Positions 57,529 to 64,000 of a DNA stretch of 64,000 nucleotides are shown here, in pieces. The stretch comes from an uncultured Prevotellaceae bacterium (GTDB taxonomy: Bacteria; Bacteroidota; Bacteroidia; Bacteroidales; Bacteroidaceae), in NCBI GenBank assembly GCA_902770635.1, contig CACXTX010000030.1, positions 2,467-66,466 of the forward strand, read 5' to 3'. Under the pieces are notes generated by a model. It saw only the letters and a list, made by a program, of their open reading frames with translations, searched no databases and was not told where the DNA came from. The position numbers and the translations under genes were made by a program. Numbering within the stretch: position 1 is the stretch's first letter; every line of letters starts with the position of its first letter.

Positions 57529-59001
57529 ATGAAGACTATGCCCACAACAGAACGTGTATTCCAGATATTCAAGGAATTGAACCAGATTCCACGTCCCTCA
57601 CACCATGAGGAACGGGTGGCTGACTATCTATGCCAGTTTGCAGAACGACTGCACTTACCCTACAAGCGCGACAAGGAGAACTGTGTGGTGATTAGCAAAC
57701 CTGCGACACCAGGACATGAGGGTGCTGACCCCATCGTGCTGCTGAACCACATGGATATGGTTTGCGTGGGAATGAAGAATCCCCTCTCCGACCCTATTGA
57801 GGCGTATGTGGAGAACGGGTGGATGAAGGCGCGAGGCACCTCGCTGGGTGCAGACAACGGCATCGGACTGTCGATGGCACTGGCTGTGCTGGAAGACGAC
57901 AGTATCGTGCATCCGGCACTGGAGGTGATGACTACCACCAACGAGGAAGATGGTATGTCGGGAGCCTCACAGTTGAGCACGGACTTCCTGAAAGGACGCA
58001 AGGTGATTAACCTGGATTCAGAAGACTACGATACCATTACTACAGGTGCGGCAGGTGCCTGTCTGCAGTTCCATCGCATCCCCGTGCAACGCAAAGCGGC
58101 ACCAGGTGGCAAGCGTCGCTGGTATCGCATTCGCTTTGAGGGTGGACTGGGTGGCCACTCGGGTGTGGACATCAACAAAGGTCGCTGTAGTGCGGTAGTG
58201 CCTGCATGGGCTATCTTAGCCACCATCTACAATGAGTATGAGTTCGATGTGGCTTCCATTAAGATTGGTGAAGCCAATGCCTCGATAGCCTCATCGGCTG
58301 AAATCATTCTCACCATTCCCTCTGGCGAGGGCGCTGAATTTGTAAAACAGCAGCAGGAGATGATGAACGAATGGTTGCGCGAGGAATATGGTGACAACGA
58401 TCCCAACATGCATTGCACCATAGAGAAGTGCGAGCCCCAGGAAACGGTGATCAACCCAGAGGCACTGGAAGCCCTGCTGACCTGTCTGGAGCAGATTCCA
58501 CAAGGTGTGGTAAAGATGAGCGAGGTGATGAAAGACACGGTGGAAACTTCGAATAACGTGGGGCGCATCGTGACTGAAAGGCAACGGGTAGGCGACGGTA
58601 CGTCAGGAATGGCTGACCACATCTTCGTTTCCACCCACACACGCAGTTTCATAGACAGTGAGATGAAGGAACTGAGCAAGGACATCGCCAACGTCTTTGA
58701 GGCTTGTGGTGCCAAGAGTGAGACCATCATGTCGGCACCTGCCTGGCAGGAGGACCAGGAATCGGACTTCCTGCGTCTGACCTCAGACACTTTCAACGAT
58801 GTGCTGGGCTGGCGTCCACGCATGGTAGCCATGCACTTTGTACTGGAGGCAGGATTCTTCGTTCAACACTATCCTGGCATACAGATGGCGAGCATCGGTC
58901 CCCGCATCGTGGAGCCCCACTCCACCAGCGAGCGCGTTGAATTATCCACCATCGAAGACATTTGGAAGGTACTTCTTGAAATGCTAAGAAGGCTGGCATA
59001 A
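57529..59001 (+). CDS. pepD: Aminoacyl-histidine dipeptidase (M20C)
   Basis: HMDMVC, LGADNGIG, TNEEDGM, NLDSED, GGHSGVDI and HST motifs; TACCTTTG box at 57499-57506. Confidence 0.9.
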   Translation: MKTMPTTERVFQIFKELNQIPRPSHHEERVADYLCQFAERLHLPYKRDKENCVVISKPATPGHEGADPIVLLNHMDMVCVGMKNPLSDPIEAYVENGWMKARGTSLGADNGIGLSMALAVLEDDSIVHPALEVMTTTNEEDGMSGASQLSTDFLKGRKVINLDSEDYDTITTGAAGACLQFHRIPVQRKAAPGGKRRWYRIRFEGGLGGHSGVDINKGRCSAVVPAWAILATIYNEYEFDVASIKIGEANASIASSAEIILTIPSGEGAEFVKQQQEMMNEWLREEYGDNDPNMHCTIEKCEPQETVINPEALEALLTCLEQIPQGVVKMSEVMKDTVETSNNVGRIVTERQRVGDGTSGMADHIFVSTHTRSFIDSEMKELSKDIANVFEACGAKSETIMSAPAWQEDQESDFLRLTSDTFNDVLGWRPRMVAMHFVLEAGFFVQHYPGIQMASIGPRIVEPHSTSERVELSTIEDIWKVLLEMLRRLA

Positions 59002-59049
59002 AACATACACCAGCCTTCTCAAAAAAGAATATTGGACGAGATATGGAGA

Positions 59050-59844
59050 TTACTTTTTAATCTCTATGTCTCGTTTGACATTATTTCGAATCTTCGTCAG
59101 ATAGCCCTTCATACCCTCGGCATCCTTGTTGTCGATAATCTCCAAGAGCTCCTTCAATTCCGTACGGATCTGTGCCACCTGGTCATGGGTATAGGGGTTG
59201 AACAGGATTTCCTGTAACAAATAATCGTCCTCGTTCAACACTCCCTTTGCAATACGCATGTGACGTTTGAAGGTTGTTCCAGGAGCATCCTGATGCTTCA
59301 TGACAGCTGCAAAGACAAAAGTGGAGACGAAAGGAATACTCAGCGAGTAAGCCACCGTCTTATCGTGCTCCTCGAAGGTATATTCGTAGATGTTGAGCCC
59401 TAACTTCTGATAGAGGTCCTTGAAGAAGATACGCCCCATATAGTCGCCCTCGCTGATAATGATGGCATTCTCCTCGGAGAGCTGCTGTAGATTAGCAAAC
59501 GTAGGTCCGAACATGGGGTGTGTGGACACATATCTGCGGCCCGACTTCTCATAGAATTCTTTCAAGTCGGTTTTGACGGAGGCGATATCGCTGATGATGC
59601 AGTCCTCTGGTAAATAAGGCATCACCTGTTCGAACACGGGGATGGTATATTTCAGGGTGACGGCATTAATCAACAACTCTGGCTTGAACGCCTTGATTTC
59701 CTCGAAGGTTGTAAAGCGCTGACAGTTATAAGTGAAGCGCATGCGCTTGGCATCCCGTTCATAGACAGCCACCTCGTGGTCAAAGCTCAGCAGGTCGATG
59801 AAGAAACTGCCCATCTTGCCTGCTCCTAATACAAGAATTTTCAT
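59050..59844 (-). CDS. tyrA: Prephenate dehydrogenase
   Basis: GAGKMG Rossmann motif, SDIASVK and THPMFGP. Confidence 0.92.
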   Translation of the reverse strand: MKILVLGAGKMGSFFIDLLSFDHEVAVYERDAKRMRFTYNCQRFTTFEEIKAFKPELLINAVTLKYTIPVFEQVMPYLPEDCIISDIASVKTDLKEFYEKSGRRYVSTHPMFGPTFANLQQLSEENAIIISEGDYMGRIFFKDLYQKLGLNIYEYTFEEHDKTVAYSLSIPFVSTFVFAAVMKHQDAPGTTFKRHMRIAKGVLNEDDYLLQEILFNPYTHDQVAQIRTELKELLEIIDNKDAEGMKGYLTKIRNNVKRDIEIKK

Positions 59845-59872
59845 ATTCTAAGGAATATAGGAATAAAGGAGG

Positions 59873-60937
59873 TTATTTGTTGACGATTTCTATCTGCTGA
59901 CGAACACTTTCTTCGTGAATGCTCTCAAACACCTTGGCGACGAACTCCGGAGCCATACCCGTCAGAGAGCCTTGTACACCACGCTTTTCCAAAATCTCGT
60001 TGTAACGCGAAGCCTGCAGCACGGTCATATTATGTTCCTTCTTGTACTCACCTATCTGACGACATACATTCATGCGCTTGGCCAATAATTCCATCAACTG
60101 GTTGTCAAGTTCGTCAATCTGCTTACGCAACTGCTGAATGCCCTCTGTCGTCACATGCTCATCGCGGATAATCAGCAGCGAGAGGATGTAGTCAAGCACA
60201 TCAGGTGTCACCTGCTGCTTGGCATCACTCCATGCCTTGTCGGGGTCACAGTGGCTCTCCACAATCAAGCCGTCGAAACCTAAGTCCATGGCCTGTTGGC
60301 ACAACGGGGCAATCAGCTCACGACGGCCTCCGATATGCGAAGGGTCACAGATAATGGGCAGTGCAGGAATGCGACGATGCAGCTCAATGGGAATCTGCCA
60401 CATAGGAGCATTGCGGTATATCTTCTGCTCGAAGCTGGAGAAGCCACGATGGATAGCACCCAGGCGCTTCACGCCAGCCTGGTTCAGGCGTTCCATAGCA
60501 CCAATCCACAGTTCCAAATCGGGGTTGACTGGATTCTTCACAAATACAGGCACATCCACACCCTTCAAGGCATCAGCCAACGCCTGCATGGCAAAAGGAT
60601 TGGCTGTGGTACGGGCACCTATCCACAGAATATCCATATCATATTTCAACGCTAGCTCAACATGCTCTGGGGTAGCCACCTCGGTAGAAATCAACATGTG
60701 GGTTTCTTCCTTCACCTGCTTCATCCAAGGCAGAGCTTTCTCGCCATTACCCTCAAAGCCACCAGGTTTCGTTCGTGGTTTCCACACACCAGCACGGAAA
60801 TTATGGCAACCCTTCATGGCCAATTGGCGGGCTGTGTTCATCACTTGCTCCTCAGTCTCTGCACTACAGGGACCTGCAATGACAAAGGGGCGTTCGTTGT
60901 CACTCGGAAGATTCAGTTTCTCTAATTCTAATTCCAT
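59873..60937 (-). CDS. Bifunctional DAHP synthase (class I-beta) / chorismate mutase
   Basis: IAGPCSAE, WKPRT, WIGART, DPSHIGG and C-terminal LRKQIDELDNQL chorismate mutase domain. Confidence 0.93.
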   Translation of the reverse strand: MELELEKLNLPSDNERPFVIAGPCSAETEEQVMNTARQLAMKGCHNFRAGVWKPRTKPGGFEGNGEKALPWMKQVKEETHMLISTEVATPEHVELALKYDMDILWIGARTTANPFAMQALADALKGVDVPVFVKNPVNPDLELWIGAMERLNQAGVKRLGAIHRGFSSFEQKIYRNAPMWQIPIELHRRIPALPIICDPSHIGGRRELIAPLCQQAMDLGFDGLIVESHCDPDKAWSDAKQQVTPDVLDYILSLLIIRDEHVTTEGIQQLRKQIDELDNQLMELLAKRMNVCRQIGEYKKEHNMTVLQASRYNEILEKRGVQGSLTGMAPEFVAKVFESIHEESVRQQIEIVNK

Positions 60938-60983
60938 ATAGCATTTAATTATAATTCTACGGAGTAATACTTTCTTTTTCTGT

Positions 60984-61047
60984 CTAAGGAATCTGGGAAT
61001 TTAGGAATATTTTGGCATCTGCATTCCTTGATTCCTTGGTTCCTTAG
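60984..61047. repeat. Intercistronic palindromic element built from 8-mers, copy A
   Basis: CTAAGGAATCTGGGAATTTAGGAAT...ATTCCTTGATTCCTTGGTTCCTTAG; near-identical to 62246-62308. Confidence 0.85.
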
Positions 61048-61061
61048 AATAAAACCAATCC

Positions 61062-62228
61062 TTAGGCATAAACATTCTTTATCCTTAGCAGGGCCTCTTG
61101 GATTTTGTCTTCCTTAGCACAAAGCGAGATGCGGATATAACGCTCGCCATTGCTTCCAAAGATAAAGCCTGGAGTGATGAAGACTCGGGCCTCATGCAAC
61201 ACCCGTTCCGTCAAGTCTTCCACATTCTTTATTTGTGCTGGTATCTTGCCCCAGAGGAACATGCCCACCTGACTCTTGTCGTAAGTACAGCCTAACACAT
61301 CCATAATCTTCTCAGCCCACTGGCGACGACGCTGATAGGTATTGATATTGTATTCCCTGTGCCAAGCCTCATCGTTCTTATATGCCTCAGCAGCAGCCAG
61401 TTGGATGCCACGGAAGGTACCACTCTCTATGTTTGATTGCACTTTGAGAATCCATTGGATAAACTGGGCATTCGAGGCACAGAGGCCCACACGCCATCCT
61501 GGCATGTTATGGCTCTTCGACATCGAATTGAACTCAATGCAGCAGTCCTTGGCACCAGGTACCTGCAGGATGCTCAGATGCTCCTCGCTGAGGATGAAGC
61601 TGTAAGGGTTATCGTTGACTACGACAATACTGTGGTCTCTTGCAAACTGCACCAAACGCTCGTAGGTCTTACGCTGAGCCCTGCTACCAGTAGGCATATT
61701 GGGATAGTTGGTCCACATCAGTTTTACTTTCGAAAGATCCTTCTTCTCAAGTTCTTCGAAATCAGGCTGCCAACCATTGTCCTCACGCAGGTCGTAGTTC
61801 ACAATCTTGGCCCCCAGAATCTTGCTCAAAGAGGTATAGGTTGGATAGCCAGGATTGGGCACCAACACCTCATCGCCAGGGTTGACAAAAGCCAACGTAA
61901 CATGCAAGATACCCTCTTTGGAACCAATGAGGGGCAATACTTCACTCTTGGCATCCAGGTCAACACCATACCATCGCTTGTAGAATCCTGCCATCGCCTC
62001 ACGGAGCTCTGGTGTTCCCTGTGTGGGCTGATAGCCGTGGGCATTCGGCTGTTGGGCTATCTCACACAACTTATTAATGGTTTGCTGAGACGGGGGCATA
62101 TCGGGACTGCCTATGGCCAGGCTGATAATATCCTTCCCTTCGGCATTCATTTGAGCCACCTCTTTCAGTTTTCTACTGAAATAGTACTCTTGTACTAAAT
62201 TTAATCTTTCTGCTGGTTGTATCATCAT
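61062..62228 (-). CDS. Class I/II PLP-dependent aminotransferase (aromatic amino-acid pathway)
   Basis: GSKEGI, NYPNMPTG, DNPY and SMSKSHNMPGWRVG (PLP lysine). Confidence 0.92.
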   Translation of the reverse strand: MMIQPAERLNLVQEYYFSRKLKEVAQMNAEGKDIISLAIGSPDMPPSQQTINKLCEIAQQPNAHGYQPTQGTPELREAMAGFYKRWYGVDLDAKSEVLPLIGSKEGILHVTLAFVNPGDEVLVPNPGYPTYTSLSKILGAKIVNYDLREDNGWQPDFEELEKKDLSKVKLMWTNYPNMPTGSRAQRKTYERLVQFARDHSIVVVNDNPYSFILSEEHLSILQVPGAKDCCIEFNSMSKSHNMPGWRVGLCASNAQFIQWILKVQSNIESGTFRGIQLAAAEAYKNDEAWHREYNINTYQRRRQWAEKIMDVLGCTYDKSQVGMFLWGKIPAQIKNVEDLTERVLHEARVFITPGFIFGSNGERYIRISLCAKEDKIQEALLRIKNVYA

Positions 62229-62245
62229 CTCTTTTCTATTTTATT

Positions 62246-62308
62246 CTAAGGAATCTGGGAATTCAGGAATATTTGGCACCAGCCTTCCTTGATTCCTTAG
62301 TTCCTTAG
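62246..62308. repeat. Intercistronic palindromic element built from 8-mers, copy B
   Basis: CTAAGGAATCTGGGAATTCAGGAAT...TTCCTTGATTCCTTAGTTCCTTAG. Confidence 0.85.
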
Positions 62309-62347
62309 ACAAAAAACATCTTGGTTCTCTATACAAATAATTATTCC

Positions 62348-63190
62348 TTAGTTGGTCTGTTTTCCGTCTTTATATTCTCCTAGAATCTTAAAGTCCTTCG
62401 TCAAAGGAATGATGGCATCTATAGACTGACGGTATCGCGTCAAATCGTCATACATCAGGTCAACATAGAACAGGTATTCCCATTCTCGACCGATAATAGG
62501 AAGTGACTGAATCTTAGTCAGGTTGATCTTGTAGAACGAAAGAATGGCTAACACATGACTCAAAGAACCCTCTTCGTGAGGCAATGAGAATACAATGCTC
62601 GACTTGTTAGTCTCCGTCAGCGGGCGCAACAGGTCTGCCTTGTTGGGATTAGAAACTACCAGGAAGCGTGTAAAGTTGTGTTTGTTGTCCTCGATATGGT
62701 CTTCCAGTATCTTCATGCCATAGAGCTTGGCAGCTGCCGAACTGCAGATAGCAGCCCAGTGCTCGTGATGCTCCTCTTGTATCATCTTGGCAGCTCCTGC
62801 AGTATCTTCTGCCTCCACATTCTTCAGCTGTGGATGCTGAGCCAGAAACTGACGACACTGCATGAGGGCAACCGGATGGGAATGAACCTCGGTAATGGTG
62901 TCCCAATCATCGTCGGGCAGACAACAAATGCAATGGGAGATATGCAACTTATGCTCTCCAACGATGGTTGTCCCCGACTCTCGCAACAGTTCGTAGTTGT
63001 GCAACAGGGAGCCTGCTATGGTATTTTCAATGGCAGTCATACCAATCATGGTGGGGTCTTTCTTGATGTGGTCGAACACCTCCTCGAATGTAGCACAGCA
63101 CACCAGCTGTATCTGCTCTCCTTCGAAATACAGATGTGCAGCTATGTCGTGGAACGACCCTATCAGTCCTTGTATCGCTATTCTCTTCAT
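62348..63190 (-). CDS. pheA: Prephenate dehydratase
   Basis: AIENTIAGS, SHPVALMQC, NFTRF and ACT domain LTKIQSLP. Confidence 0.95.
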   Translation of the reverse strand: MKRIAIQGLIGSFHDIAAHLYFEGEQIQLVCCATFEEVFDHIKKDPTMIGMTAIENTIAGSLLHNYELLRESGTTIVGEHKLHISHCICCLPDDDWDTITEVHSHPVALMQCRQFLAQHPQLKNVEAEDTAGAAKMIQEEHHEHWAAICSSAAAKLYGMKILEDHIEDNKHNFTRFLVVSNPNKADLLRPLTETNKSSIVFSLPHEEGSLSHVLAILSFYKINLTKIQSLPIIGREWEYLFYVDLMYDDLTRYRQSIDAIIPLTKDFKILGEYKDGKQTN

Positions 63191-63199
63191 AATCCTAAT

Positions 63200-63234
63200 A
63201 AAAATCCCGCTTTCACTTTTTCTGTGAAGCGGGA
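63200..63234 (-). terminator. Attenuator terminator upstream of pheA
   Basis: Minus strand TCCCGC-TTCAC-AGAAAAA-GTGAA-AGCGGGA followed by TTTTT, 10 nt before the pheA start. Confidence 0.8.
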
Positions 63235-63270
63235 CTGTATTTCATTTTTTATCTTTCAATTGTTCTTTTC

Positions 63271-63348
63271 TTACATACGGCCTTCCGCTCCACAGGTTTC
63301 TGCAAAGTAAAAATAAAAGCCGTAAAAGTAAGCGTTCAACATGTTCAT
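63271..63348 (-). CDS. Phe/Tyr-rich attenuator leader peptide (25 aa)
   Basis: MNMLNAYFYGFYFYFAETCGAEGRM has 8 Phe/Tyr codons in a 9-codon run; TACTTTTG promoter box at 63376-63383. Confidence 0.85.
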   Translation of the reverse strand: MNMLNAYFYGFYFYFAETCGAEGRM

Positions 63349-63455
63349 TGTCTTGATATTTACGTTTATCGCCTGCAAAAGTATAACTTTTCCACGAATT
63401 CACCAAACAAATTGAAAGAAATTTTGCGTTTGTGGCAATATTTTGTCAATATATG

Positions 63456-64000
63456 CTATTTTGATTTAATATGTATCGTTTTGGTGGTTTGGGGAGTGGT
63501 GCTGGTCTTACCGACTTTTGTGGTTTTACCTGAACCACCTTTATAATATCTCAGCGCCTCGGGCATCCATTCCTGTATCTGCTTGATACGAGTAGCATCA
63601 CTGGGGTGGTCACTATAAATATCCGACTTCTGACTGTTACCACTCTGGGCTGCCATACGTTGCCAGAAGTTCACAGCCACCTGCGGGTCATAGCCAGCCA
63701 TTGCAGCAAAGATCAATCCCAGATGATCAGCCTCACTCTCATGGCTACGCGAATATTTCAGGTTCTTGAAATTAAACTGCTGTGACAAAGCCCACTGACC
63801 GATAGACTGTGCCTTGGCTCCTACGCCAATAGCACCAGCCACGGCTGAACCAATCTGCAAGCCATACTGTTGCTTCATCTGTGTACTCATCTGCTCAGCA
63901 GAGTGGCGTGCCACAGCATGAGCTATCTCATGCCCCAGCACAATAGCCAGCGAAGCCTCGTTCTGAGTAACGGGTAGCAGTCCCTCATACACACAAATCA
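63456..64000 (-). CDS. M48 family metallopeptidase (partial; 5' end off the window)
   Basis: GHEIAHAVARH, YSRSHESEAD and SDHPSDATRI motifs; frame open to the window edge. Confidence 0.9.
   Translation of the reverse strand, partial: ICVYEGLLPVTQNEASLAIVLGHEIAHAVARHSAEQMSTQMKQQYGLQIGSAVAGAIGVGAKAQSIGQWALSQQFNFKNLKYSRSHESEADHLGLIFAAMAGYDPQVAVNFWQRMAAQSGNSQKSDIYSDHPSDATRIKQIQEWMPEALRYYKGGSGKTTKVGKTSTTPQTTKTIHIKSK

Noticed and set aside
1120-63455. tRNA or rRNA genes in the intergenic gaps
   Set aside because: Manual inspection of the gaps found no cloverleaf or rRNA-like sequence; tRNAscan-SE would be the definitive check.

Overview
A 64 kb chromosomal window from a Bacteroidota bacterium, most likely a rumen-type Prevotellaceae. 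This assignment is inferred from gene content and the many TAnnTTTG -7 promoter boxes. Most of the window is housekeeping and metabolism: partial mutA, a Na+-translocating decarboxylase cluster, rlhA, metA, pepO, an ABC-F ATPase, ilvD-ilvB-ilvN, a 2-oxoacid:ferredoxin oxidoreductase operon, folD, ffh, djlA, pepD, a Phe/Tyr operon with an attenuator leader peptide, and two fused pectin/galactan CAZymes. The strongest candidate for an undescribed system is a tightly packed five-gene operon at 10465-19023 (minus strand) with its own promoter. It encodes a multi-zinc-ribbon protein, a membrane-anchored Ser/Thr kinase, a zinc-ribbon protein with four tandem CbbX/SpoVK-type AAA+ modules, a zinc-ribbon-FHA protein and a PP2C phosphatase. 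A second accessory region (about 45.1-52.3 kb) holds two toxin-antitoxin-type pairs, palindromic 21/22-bp arrays, direct repeats and a type IIG restriction-modification operon preceded by a long leader with two mutually exclusive RNA folds. Other oddities are an Xpt-MsrA fusion, apparent frameshifting deletions in ilvB and prsW, and 7-, 8- and 9-nt tandem tracts at many operon junctions and inside some genes. No rRNA, tRNA, CRISPR array or intact transposase/integrase was seen. All family assignments come from motif recognition, not database searches.
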